Counted from the first letter of the stretch, positions 1 to 11,158 are shown. The stretch: DNA of 64,000 nt from Chlorokybus atmophyticus (GCA_009103225.1 RHPI01002069.1:1631442-1695441); one strand, 5' to 3'. A program made the numbers and translations. The notes: generated from the sequence alone by a model not told the origin.

Positions 1-900
1 GATGTAATCATATTCAACCTTCTTAGCCTTGCCTTTCGCCTTGCTCGGGCAGTTCTTTGTAATGTGGCCTGGCTGATGGCACACGTAGCATGCGCGTGCT
101 GCAATAGGTGTAGCACCATTCGCAGGTGCGAATGAGGTCTTTGCCTTTTTCGCCGCATGCGCACTTGGTGGAGGGAACCGCTTCCCCCCTCCCCCATGTG
201 GCTTGACTGAAGCCACCACATGTGACTTGTCCTGCACAGCCACAGCATTGTCGTTGAATAGATACACACTCAACCTCTGCAAGGTTGCGAGGACCGTGGG
301 AACCCACGCCTGCCCCGTCGACGTGTGATACTGCAACTGGTTGCGCAAACGCGTATCCAAGCCGCGCTTGTACACGTCAAACGGCTCAGCCTTGTCCATG
401 GGCATTAGCCCATTGTTGACATGGCCAACAAGTGCCTGAAACTCCTGCAAGTACACTGAAGCCGCCCGACCATTCTGTCGCAGCTTGGTAAGCTTGTTAC
501 GAGCAACAGCAGCCGGGTCCATGCCACCGTAGCGCTCCACTAAGAACTGAAACAATGCCCCCACAATCTTGGAAGCATTAACCTCTGTTTGTCGAGCCCA
601 CTCGGCCAAAGCATCAAGTGGCATGAGCAACTCAGCAACAGATGTATGCTCACTAACCGGTCGCTCGAGTACAGCCAAGTAGCGCTTCACATTCACCACC
701 CAATCATGAATGTTCATAGCCCCATTGGCTTGAACTTCTCGGACTTGTTCAACGCTGTGACGGGTAGGCCAACTGATGTCCCTGCTATAGTTGTGACAGC
801 CCCGGCCACCTGCTGGCGCAATGCCACCAACTCGGATTGCATAGCATCAAGGCGTGCAGTCAAGCGCTCTTCTTGAGCTAACTTCTCCTCCAGCTCAGGC
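1..900 (-). pseudogene. Gag of a second LTR retroelement (retrotransposon-gag domain + CCHC zinc knuckle), frameshifted, runs off window start
   Basis: Minus-strand translation gives ...ARNKLTKLRQNGRAASVYLQEFQALVGHV (gag L-x-Q...Y...EF motif) and CYVCHQPGHITKNC (90-49, CX2CX4HX4C). Frameshift near 725; N-terminus missing next to the repeat at 932. Confidence 0.85.
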
Positions 901-931
901 CCTAAGTATCAGAAGAGGTTCTTGTCGTGCC

Positions 932-1470
932 TGTTGCCCGCCCATACCAGCCGTCATCGAGCATGCCTACATCGAACCCATCGCCCGGCCTACCAGCATA
1001 CCAACGCGCGCGCGTCACTGACTAGTAGCTAGGTCATGACTCTAAAGTAGCTCACGACCATAGCCTACAAAGGCACCGCGTAGCTGTTCAGTTGTGAGTT
1101 CGGTTATAAGTTGTGTTCTACATTGAGTGTTGATTGCTGTAAAAATAGCCTCGATATGACCATTAGCTTATATTCTGAACAGTCACGATTGGACTTGTAT
1201 AAGTGTCACAGTGTTCACCGGATCAGCTAGTGACATTGTGAGTGAGAAAGCTAAGAGCTTGTGAAACGACTTGAACTGCGAACACGCCATCCCAGTTACC
1301 AAGAACCCCCTCACTGTGTGAGAGCCTGTGCATGCTCGTGTGCATCGTGCTTGACATTGCTGTGAGCTTGGTGTGCCTGGTTGCAGTGTGTTTGTTGGCA
1401 TCAGTTAGAATTCGCGTTTTGCTTGCTCATTCACCTCACTTAACAGTGTAACACATTCTCCTCTCACGCA
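932..1470 (+). repeat. 5' LTR-like direct repeat (copy 1)
   Basis: Aligns by eye with 11827-12370 (8 mismatches in the first 80 aligned bases from 941); begins TG (tgttgcccg) and ends ...ctcacgCA. Confidence 0.8.
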
Positions 1471-2063
1471 AAGAACTGTGTAAACAGCACTACCTATAGT
1501 AGTGGCTTGTTGACTCATAGTGTCACCCTCTTTGCTCAAGTGAGTGCGTTGCATTCTGCATCAGATAGTGCAGCCTATATCTGGGGACACATACTTGTGC
1601 ATTCGTTATCACTGTCATTACATAGTGCACACACAAGCACTAGTGTGGTGAGTGGTAGCGGCATCGAGACAGGCAGTAGAGCACAAACACTCTACCCTGC
1701 ATACACTTTCACCTGTGGACCAGCTGTATGAGCGGGCCCACCCCGTTCTCTGCAATAGCGAGGGAGACCTCAGCAGCTAGAGCCCAACCTCCATTCTCAC
1801 CTACGAGCCAGCCAGCGACGAGAGCAATGCTTGTAGCAGCAGAGGCTCGCGTTCTGTCTCCAACTTCACTCCGTTCTTGTCCACACCGCGGCGTCGAGCT
1901 TCCCCACTCTCGTCCAACAGTGACGACTACGAGATGGAGTCTTCCAGCTCAACCACGTCCTTGCGCTTTTTCGGACGTGCTGGCACTACCTCGCTGGACG
2001 AATGCATCATTAAGTTCCATTCCAAGATGCGATAGCAAGCACTGAAGAATAAAGACTGGTCAG

Positions 2064-3266
2064 ATGAGATTTCTTTTCACATTGCTGCTCAATATCTGGA
2101 CCATGAAGCACATGATGTCTAAAAGTGTTGTTGCTGAACTGTATCGAGTTGATGGCTACGGCGAGCTCGCCAGTACCATAGCATTTGCGTCACTGCACAG
2201 TTTAGCAGCCGTCTTGCCACCTACCACTTTCGCTGCAGTCACTGGGTTGTCCATAGCGGCAGCCATTAATAAAGCAGAGGACGAGGAACCTAAGTTGGTA
2301 ATCGTCAACCTGACCCCTGCAGAGATTGAGATCAAGACGGCCGTGCGACGGGCCCAGATCTTAGACCGTTCTGCTGCCATCCTTGAAGAACAACGAACTG
2401 CAGCCGTTGAGGTGGGCACTCCCCTACCTTTGGCAACACCTGGCTCTCGTGCGGGAGGCAGTGCTTTCACCCTCGGGTCAATCGCACTGCGCGCACCAGC
2501 CATCACTATAGGTGCTGCCATCTCTGACTCTCCACTCAAGGATCTATACGCTGCACTTCGTCGCACCTTCCCTCCGCAGACCACTAGTAAAGTGGAGGAG
2601 CAGAGGCAGTTCCGACGCAAGCCGAACGAGGACCCCCTAAGCCTGTACTCCAGACTGGAAGGGCTGTTGAAGGACACTGACTACAAGATCGTCAGTGACA
2701 AGGCTGCTGCAATGGTATATGTCAATGAGTTGGATGCCACCCTGAGCGAGTCGACGCGCCTGACCCTGAACTACAGCAGGCCCCTTGGCTGCACGCTCAA
2801 GGAAGCTTTCAAGACCACACAAGCCATCCATAAGCGCTTGGTGTATGAGAAGGCAGTGCTGGACACCAACCGGAGCGCCTCACGGCCTGAAACCAGCACA
2901 ACTGCCGAGCCTCCTCGCCGCGAATGTGGCCGGGACGCTCCACCAGCAAGCGACAAAGGGAAACGTTCAGCGCATACTGCTTTACCTTGCCCTGTGCTGT
3001 GTCATCGCTGTGGACGGCACGGGCACTACAAAAAGGAGTGCACCGAAGAGTACTCAACTCTTGTCTGCGACTACTGCAACAAGACAGGCCACTTGGAGTC
3101 AGTCTGCTGGCTTAAGTTCCCTGAGTTGAGACCCGCCAACAGCTACAACGGCAACAACTCCGGTGGCTACAACAGCAACCATACCGGAGGCCATAACAAC
3201 ACCAACAACTACGCCATTGCTCGCAAGAAGGAGCAAGGCTACAGGGGGAAGAATCGCCCTCCTTAG
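2064..3266 (+). CDS. Retrotransposon Gag with two CCHC zinc knuckles
   Basis: 400 aa ORF (true start probably internal); CHRCGRHGHYKKEC (~3000-3041) and CDYCNKTGHLESVC (~3067-3108); capsid-like EDPLSLYSRL segment. Confidence 0.85.
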   Translation: MRFLFTLLLNIWTMKHMMSKSVVAELYRVDGYGELASTIAFASLHSLAAVLPPTTFAAVTGLSIAAAINKAEDEEPKLVIVNLTPAEIEIKTAVRRAQILDRSAAILEEQRTAAVEVGTPLPLATPGSRAGGSAFTLGSIALRAPAITIGAAISDSPLKDLYAALRRTFPPQTTSKVEEQRQFRRKPNEDPLSLYSRLEGLLKDTDYKIVSDKAAAMVYVNELDATLSESTRLTLNYSRPLGCTLKEAFKTTQAIHKRLVYEKAVLDTNRSASRPETSTTAEPPRRECGRDAPPASDKGKRSAHTALPCPVLCHRCGRHGHYKKECTEEYSTLVCDYCNKTGHLESVCWLKFPELRPANSYNGNNSGGYNSNHTGGHNNTNNYAIARKKEQGYRGKNRPP

Positions 3267-3773
3267 CGCAAGGGACTGGAAGGACGTCCGCGCGCTGCTG
3301 CTGTTGCCGCTAAGGCTCCAGCCAACCGGCCATTTGATAACCATATGGCTGCCCTCATGGCGTGTATGGCACGCTTAGAGGAAGACAAGCAGGACTACCG
3401 CGCCTGCTACTCTGCCCAGTGGGCAATGATGGCTCCAAAGCGCACGAGAGACACCAGCACTCTGTCATGGATTCAACCATCCCAACTAGTTCGAGGGGAG
3501 GCCGTAACATCGTCAGCAGCCACCTCCTCTGAAGCCACCAATGGTGCTGCACCAGCAGCAACAATTACACCGGCTACGACGTCGACTCCGTCAAAATCTG
3601 CAACGATTGCTCCAGTTTCACCAAAAATTGGCATGCTAGTGAGCATCGTAACGCCAACACTGGTGAGCACGCTGGCCACAGCCACTGCTGTCACCAACCC
3701 TGCAGCATTAGGTCGCACCGGTTCCGCTCCAACTGCACGACCACCTGTGTCAGCAAGTGTTGTGAACACCCTC

Positions 3774-4279
3774 CGTTACAAATTGGGATAAATTGTGATA
3801 GACCTGACTTATGGTAGTGTCTTTTACTACCATAGCCTAGTGGTCGGGACTCATTGTCACAAGGGTAACGGAGCTTGACGTCTCAGGTTCAATTCCCATA
3901 GGGGACTGAGACAGTTGCAAGGCAAAAGTAAAAACATTTGGGGCGGCTTGCCCTAGGCTGGGCGCGGGATCACGACCTGCGCGCCGAGTCAGTTCAACCT
4001 AAGGCCGCGTGAGCGGTCGCGCTGCGATGGCAGGTCGCGCGGTGTGGATGGCCGTTCAGTCGGTCAGAACCGTTTATGGGCTGGATTCAACAGGCCGCGT
4101 GCAGACCAATCGTGGTACGGCCGCAAACACGGCGACGTGGGCTAGTGCCTCATTGGATTATGAGGAACTCATGGGTTAAATTGGGGAGGAATGTCATGAA
4201 TTGGGATAAATTGTTACAAACCTCACTCATGGTAGTGTCTTTTACTACCATAGCCTAGTGGTCGGGCCTCATTGTTACA
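3774..4279 (+). mobile_element. TRIM-like miniature LTR retroelement (88 bp LTRs) inserted in the Gypsy element
   Basis: Direct repeats 3774-3861 and 4192-4279 (77/88 identical; second copy TG...CA); 5 bp TSD CCCTC (3769-3773, 4280-4284); purine tract GGGGAGGAA just before the 3' repeat; degenerate PBS-like GGGTAACGGAGC at 3863-3874; no ORF. Confidence 0.85.
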
Positions 4280-6143
4280 CCCTCGCGCCACTGAGCAGCA
4301 CTCTCGCCACCACCGGCAGTGCCATCATCGAGCCTGCTGCCACTGCAGCGACGCGCGCAGCTACATTGTCCGCTCTCGACGTCACTCAAGCTGTCCCGCG
4401 AGGTCAGCAAGCTGAGCGCGCATGGGAGATCATCATGCGTGCAGCAGATCCCACTACCATTGCTTTTGGGCGCAGAGAGCGAACAACTCACGTTGAACGC
4501 AGTGATCACGTCTTCCCACTGCCCGAATGTTACACCCTGCCAGAACAGACTCATCGGCAACTAGAGGATAAAATCCTCGCCGGCACGGTGCCTCCCATGC
4601 GAGAACGTGTCTTTGTGGTCAGAACACCTGTTGTACTAGAGTTGGCACTACATCTTTTCTGGACTCTCCATAACAACATGCAGACTGCGCCACGCCAGCC
4701 CGCATGAGTCCGTCATCAACCCTTTGAGCCAAGCCCGCTGGACACGTATTGAGACCGGCAACCCATTGTGCAGCAGCATATAGCTGATACGGCCGACATG
4801 CCTATTGGTGACAACGAAGCACTGAGGCCCCTCAGTACCATTCGGCTTCATGAGCGCTACACTGCGCTGGAACAGGCGTTCACCTGCCATCAGGACCAAG
4901 CGGCAGCATTCGATGCAAAAGCGCACGCCTTTGCCAATGCTTGCGCTGGCGTTCTTCAACCCACGGTCGCTGGCCCATCGTCCAGCACGACACCCCTCGT
5001 TGGTGGGCCCGATGTTTACCAGACGAGGGCGCTGGCCCAACAAACCAGGGGGGTGATTGCCCCGCTGCTACCCGCCTTGGTGGAAGACTTGCCTGACGAT
5101 CAACGGGATCCAGGGAGAGGTTACCTCACACCGCAAGGATGGACACAACGAGATGGAGCAAGTTCAATCGGAGAACAGCAACTTCGCACTACCCTGTTAC
5201 GACAAGCAACCATGCTGCACCGACAAGAAGACATCGGCCTGTGACGGATGCTGGGGATGCGAGAAGGTGGTAATGAAGCTTGAGCAAGACTGGTGACTTG
5301 GCTAGTCACAAATCACCCCGCAGTCCCCCTGTTCGCATTCGGCACCAGATTGTTCTGGTTGGACGCCTTCCTGCGCTTGCTATGGCAAGCCTTTGACGAA
5401 TTTGCCTCGGCAGCCATTAACAGCTTAAAAGGAGCTGAAGAGGCCATACTAAGGTTGCTTGGGGTAAAAGCAGCGCGGCAACGCAGACGCATCGCAGCTG
5501 CTTATGAGCAGCATGTCCAATAGCCAGAGATTTACCTCGCTGTGCGGGCACGAGCAACAATGGTGCTAGAAGCGGGGGTGGTCAATGGCAGATGGGATGC
5601 CTACATGGCAGGGATCTTAAGGGGTTCCACCATCACCCACGACATAAGAGCGCGCCTTCCAAGCGCAGTGTATCTCCAGCCCATGCCTTAGAATCACCGC
5701 TGGAGTGACGTGGTCAACGATTCAACAGCCACATGGGAAGGTACACTGGTCAGGAGGCAGCTCATGCTGTACGCTGGACTTATGTGGATGATCAGGCTGC
5801 GCGGGAGGCGGGCCCACAAACACCCGGTTCTTCAGGGTTTCCTCAACAGCCACTGGCAAGGCCGCCAGGTATGACCCCGGCCCCACAGAGGCGCAATCCC
5901 CCTGCGCCACAACCAGGGTAATTACAGGCAGCACTGCCAGCACCTAGGCCGCAGCGCGTATAACACCAGCAAAGACAAGGACGGTTCGGGCCAGGCCGCG
6001 GTCAAGGAGGTCCTCAAGACTCAGCTGGTGGAGGGACGCTTGCCGCACTGCGCTCGACACCACCGGAGGAGACTGCAGCAGCAGTCACCCCACGCACACG
6101 CTACCGACGATTCAAGCGGCTGCGCATCCACGCCAATGCAGCC

Positions 6144-6400
6144 ATGATCGTCAACCAAGACAAGCATGTCACTATCAATGGGCGAGCACCAAAGCGTGTA
6201 ATGCTGGACTTTGGAGCCCAGCCTGTCATCATCGGACGTTACCTCGCACGCGGCCTTCGCATCACCAGCGCTGAGATGACGCCGTGCCAATACGTGCTTG
6301 ACACAGCAACCGATAGCCGTGACAAGGTGATTGGCATCACCAAGCAAGCCCTCTGCACTTGTTTGACAGGAGCGGACCCTTCCCACAACACCGAGGTCAT
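6144..6400 (+). pseudogene. Retropepsin-like aspartic protease (degenerate)
   Basis: HVTINGRAPKRVMLDFGAQPVII; DFG at 6207-6215 is one base (TCT>TTT) from the canonical DSG; position upstream of RT. Confidence 0.7.
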
Positions 6401-6873
6401 ACGTGTGTGGTCACCGACGCAGGATCCTTCGACCAATTGCTGGGACAGGACTTCAACTTCCATGTTGGCATGGGCTTGGACTACAGGACAGAAAAGGCAT
6501 GGTTTTGTCCTCATTGAGATGGAGAGGATGGAGAGATTCAAGGATATCTGCCTCTTGAGCTGGTGGCTCTCGCTCTCACCGAAGGTCAGCTGCAACAGCC
6601 ACCTACAGGTCGTTGTCGACAACCATTGATATGTCAGCTGCAACAGCCACCCACAGGTACGACGAGTCTCTGAAAGATGCCAGCGAAGAAGTGGCCCACC
6701 AAACCAGCGGAACGCCCCTGGCGCGCACAGGTGGTCGCACATCTACTTTGACCAGTCCATGGCTCACTTCACGATTCCCTCTCTACAAGGACCAAGCTGC
6801 GGTCCAGGAGCAACACCAGGTGGCCACTGAAGTAGTGGAGTTTCACGTATTCCGTCGACAACAAGGCATCACC

Positions 6874-7800
6874 GTGTTGGAACTAGTTGGAGGAATAGGT
6901 AGTGGCCTCGCCGCTGTCCTCAACACCGGCGCGACGGTTACCAAGTACTTTTACTGTGACCCTGATCCACACGGACAGATTGCCCTAAGCCACCACCTGC
7001 ACCACCTGCAAAAATGCTACCCGCAACGATTGCCGTTGTCGGCACTGCAAAGGTGTCGGAAGGCACTGCCACAGAACATCCGTTGAATCATTGCGGATCA
7101 CCTCCTGGCGGTGGGCAACATAGACCTGCTAATAGCCAGCGCTGAGCGGGATGGGAGTGTCAAGGACACTTCAGAGCAGGCAGAGGCCAAGGACTCGCTG
7201 ATCCTCACTCGCGACTGTTCTGAGAACCGATGCGTATGATCAAAATCCTGTAGAGCAACCAGCTGTCCAGGCCTCCAGGATACATTATCGAAAATGTGCA
7301 TTCCAAGGACGATAAGCGCCATCACGTGGCCAACAGCTTTCGACACCCTCTCAAAATCAACGCAGCGCGTCGTGGCTCCCGTGCTCATCGCGTCCGCGCC
7401 AAGTGGACCAACCTGGCTACAGTTAAGGATCTCTTTGCCGCTGAATATCTGCACAACAGTCGTCCGCGCGATTTCACCGTCGACGCTATCCTAGACCCTG
7501 GGCGCACAGCACAACCAGTCTCACGGCACGATCACCAGCACTTCTACCTACCAGTGCAACCGGCCTGTCAACCACGTCGTGCGCTCCCCACGCTGGTGTC
7601 TTACCCAAAATCATACGCCATCCGCAACCATGGCGAAGGCATGGTGTTGGATTCCAACACACGCCAACCGGAGGAACCCAATGCACGTGAGCGCGAACGC
7701 GCCATGGGATTCACTCCAGGCAGTATCACAGGTTTCACGCTGACTGACAGTCAGCAATGTCAGCTGTTGGTAGCGCCATGGACTAGAACAGCATGGTATG
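6874..7800 (+). pseudogene. C5 cytosine DNA methyltransferase domain embedded in the pol region (disrupted)
   Basis: Motif I VLELVGGIG (6874-6900); motif IV DLLIA|GWECQG (Cys 7158-7160); GQGLADPHSRLF; motif VI YIIENV (ENV 7290-7298); motif VIII AHRVRAKWTNL; ERERAMGF; motif X-like LL(G)SAMD (~7764-7783), all in canonical order. Confidence 0.85.
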
Positions 7801-8039
7801 GTTTTTAAAAATATACTTTGCTCTCCAGGACCGCCATGTGTCCTTCCAAAAGCTCGAACACCTGGCGGGGGGGTGGGCCGATCGCGTGCAAAAGATCAAA
7901 GCGGCACACACCGCCCTAAAAATCGCCCATATGGAGGAGCAGGCAGCAGTCACGGTGGAGGACATCTCAGTAGTCGCCAATGCTACCTCTTGACCCCATG
8001 CCATTGGACCACTAGCTACAGGCCAAACGTGAGAACAAC

Positions 8040-9400
8040 TTGAGGCTCTTTTCAACAAGTGGAGGAATCAGTTCAGCTTCAGCGTGAAGGAACTAGGCGT
8101 TTGCTCAGTTAACCAGATAGACATCGAGTTAGTGGACACCAAACCGGTGTTTCGACGGCAGTATTGACTCTCCAAGTTGGAAGAAGACTTGGTGGAGCAG
8201 AGGTGCAAGGCTTTGCTAGATGCAGGCCTAATAGAGGAGTCCACATCGGACTTTGCGGCCGCGACCGTCATGCCCCTGAAGAAGGATTCAGTAGGCTGCA
8301 CAGACCGGCGTATGTGCGGCGACTATCGCCCCCTCAATAACAAAACCAAATAGGACAGGGATCCAATGCCTACTGCAAAGGGTATCTTTTATGATGTAGG
8401 AGACTATACTGTTGTCAGCATCCTGGACATGCGATAAGGGTACAACTTGATCGCCATCAAGGAGGAGGACAAACACAAGACCTCTTTCTGGGGCAACCTG
8501 CAGCTGTACCAATGGAAGGTCATGCCCTTCGGACTGAAGAATGCTCCTGCCAAGTTCGAGCGCGTCATGAACAAAGCCTTGAAGGGGCTGGACTTCGCGC
8601 GATGCTACATTGACGACATTCTCATCTTCAGCCGCAGCAACGAAGAGCACCTGCAGCACATCGAGGAAGTGCTGGAGAGACTCAAAGGGGTGGGGATGAC
8701 GGTGTACCCCGACAAGTGCACCTTTTTCACTCGCAAGGTACCCTACCTTGGGCACATAATTGTGCCCCACGGTGTGTACGTACAGCAGGCAAAGGTGGAG
8801 GCCTTGGCGGCTATCCATGCACCAACAGACCTTACGCGCCTGCGCGCCATTCTGGGCCTTGCCAACTACGATCGCCGGTTCGTGAAGGACTTTGCAAAGA
8901 TCGCGCGACCCCTCAACGAGCTTCTGAAAAAAGAAATGGAGTTTGCGTGGAAGGAGCCACAACAGCAGGTGTTTGAGGAGCTAAAGGGCAGGCTCACCAC
9001 TGCTCCCATCCTGCGACGCCCTAACTACAACAAGCTCTTCATCCTCACACCGACTGGAGCAAGCTTGGGGTGGGGACTGTGCTGGTGCAGCACGGCGAGA
9101 ACAAGAAGAAGCGGGTGGTGTCGTACGCCAGGCGAAGCAACAACAGCGCTGAGGCCAACTACAGCTGCTACGAGGGGGAGTGTCTCGCTGCAGTGTGGGC
9201 TATCTGCTTCTTCAGACCTTTCCTCCTTGGTCGGCAGTCCCACTTGATCACCAATTATTAGCCACTCAAGTGGTTGATGACCAACCAACATTTGACAGGG
9301 AAACTTGCTCGCTGGGCCCTGCTGTTTTAGGAGTATGACTTCGAGATCGGTCACCGCGCGGACCTTACCAACGAAGACGCTGATGGCCTCAGTCGCAACC
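8040..9400 (+). pseudogene. Ty3/Gypsy reverse transcriptase + RNase H (disrupted)
   Basis: RMCGDYRPLN, MPFGLKNAPAKF, YIDD (8606-8617), YLGH, ILHTDWS (after frameshift), NYSCYEGECLA, KLARWAL, DADGLSR; in-frame stops and frameshifts. Confidence 0.95.
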
Positions 9401-9789
9401 CTCACCTCAGTACCAACAATGCAACCGGAGCTCAGCACGAGCTCGGCCCTGCAGCAGCAGCTCCCACCGTGGCGGCCATGTTTGCTGCTGCCGCGTTACG
9501 CTCAGGGCGCCAGATCAACATCACCGCCACCTCTACGGCAGAGGAGATTCCTGCCCTTGAGTCTACTGGCCCTTCAGTGACCACACCTCTAGGAAACGTC
9601 CACGCGGTCGACAATGAAGTCGACGACACCGAGCTGGCACCCACTGACACCAGGCAAGACATATGACTGGACAAGCCATCACTCTCTTTCTTTCAAAATG
9701 GCCAGCTTCCCCCCAACATGAGTGCACGAGAGCAAGATCGTGTCAGTCAACGCACCCGCCACTATTGGTGGGCGGATGACAAGGTGTAC

Positions 9790-10930
9790 CGCCGCGTGAC
9801 GAGGACAAGAAGGTGCGGACACCAGCCACACGCGAGCGCATCATTGCTGCCCTCCACACTGAGCTTGGGCATTTCGGTGTCAAGCGTACCGTCAGCCTGG
9901 TAAGGGCACAATATTGGTGGTATGGGCTGTCCAAACAGATGCAGGGGTTCATCAGTTATTGCCAACAGTGTGACATAGTTAGCGCCAGCCTCAATACATG
10001 CAGTGCCACCTTGCACCCTCTCCCCATTCCCGGTCTTTTCTAATGCTGGGGACTTGACATCTTGAGAGACTTAGCACCCTCGGCACGGGGCAACTGCTAC
10101 ATCCTGGTCATGATCAAGCACTTCTCCAAATGGGTGGAGCTGGTGCCATTACCCGACAAGAGCAGCAGCGGGGTGTCTCAAGCCTTCCTCTCCCATGTCC
10201 TCAGCCGGTTCGGCAGCTGCGCTGAGGTCATCACCGATCAAGGCACTGAGTTCAGAGGGGAGTTCGACACCCTGTTGGACAGATGCTACATCGATCATCG
10301 CCGCACTTCGCGTGACCACCCCCAAGCCGACGGTCTCGCCGAGCGGACAGTAAAACTATGAAGAAGGCACTCCGCAAGTACGTGCTGGAGTATGAGAACA
10401 CATGGGACGACCACCTTCCGTGGGTGGCTCTTGGATACCGATTGTCAAAGCAGGCGGCTCTGCGCGAGTAAAGCCCATACTACCTGCTGTTCGGGCGTCC
10501 GCCATTGCTTTTCTTTCGTGCACAGCAGGAAGTAGAATGTGTGGTGAACAACCTCGACGATCGCAATTGAATGCACTACGACATTACCACACGCACCACG
10601 TTGTTCAAGCACACTGTCCCGATGGCCTTCAACAACCTGCGCATCGCACAGCACCGCGACACCCTGCGCTACGAGCGCGTGCGGAGCGGCTTCTACAAGG
10701 AGCCTCAATGGCGGTTTCAAGCATGGGACTTTGCCTACTGTATGGCAGCCATCAAAAACACGCTCGACATGGGCCGCATCGTCTACAAGGTACTCAAGGT
10801 GTACCCCACACGAGTGCTGAACCTCCTCGGTCAAAACGGCGAGAGGTTGAAAGACAACATGGTGAACTGCGCGCCATGTTACCTTCCTTACATAGCGGGC
10901 TTTGCGCGCATCCAGCACCCTCGCCCCGCC
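9790..10930 (+). pseudogene. DDE integrase (HHCC zinc-binding + rve core + C-terminal region), disrupted
   Basis: LHTELGHFGVKRT...YWW...CQQC (HHCC); FSKWVE, VITDQGTEF, HPQADGLAER. Confidence 0.92.
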
Positions 10931-10942
10931 CGCAACACACGC

Positions 10943-11077
10943 TGTGAACGCTGTGGCAGCGCCGGCGACAACGCACTTATGATGCTCTGCGATGGCTGCA
11001 ACAAGGGCCTGCATTGCTACTGTCTGGAGCCCCCATTGGACGCAATACCCATGTAGGAGTACTGGTACGACGATTGC
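10943..11077 (+). pseudogene. PHD finger (C4-H-C3) at integrase C-terminus
   Basis: CERCGSAGDNALMMLCDGCNKGLHCYCLEPPLDAIPM*EYWYDDC: CxxC...LCDxC...HxxCLxPPL...W pattern; one stop, and one Cys codon apparently lost. Confidence 0.85.
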
Positions 11078-11144
11078 CGCACCAATGGTCCTCCTCACCT
11101 GCGTCAACAACTTAGCTCTGGAGCTGGAACCTCCCCAAAAACTC

Positions 11145-11158
11145 AGGGGGGGGTGGGT
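11145..11158 (+). promoter_or_regulatory. Polypurine tract (PPT) of the Gypsy element
   Basis: AGGGGGGGGTGGGT directly followed by TGTTGAC, ~70 bp after the PHD coding end. Confidence 0.7.

Noticed and set aside
3826-3905. Possible tRNA gene (A-box, GTC triplet, B-box)
   Set aside because: Acceptor, anticodon and T stems do not pair; kept only as Pol III-box-like motifs inside the TRIM.
3774-4279. CRISPR-like direct repeats with hairpin
   Set aside because: Only two 88 bp copies with TSD and PPT, in a eukaryotic context with no cas genes; better explained as mini-LTRs.
8288-8962. 224 aa minus-strand ORF (also 9025-9438 and 10445-11110)
   Set aside because: Antisense shadows of RT, RNaseH and integrase coding sequence.
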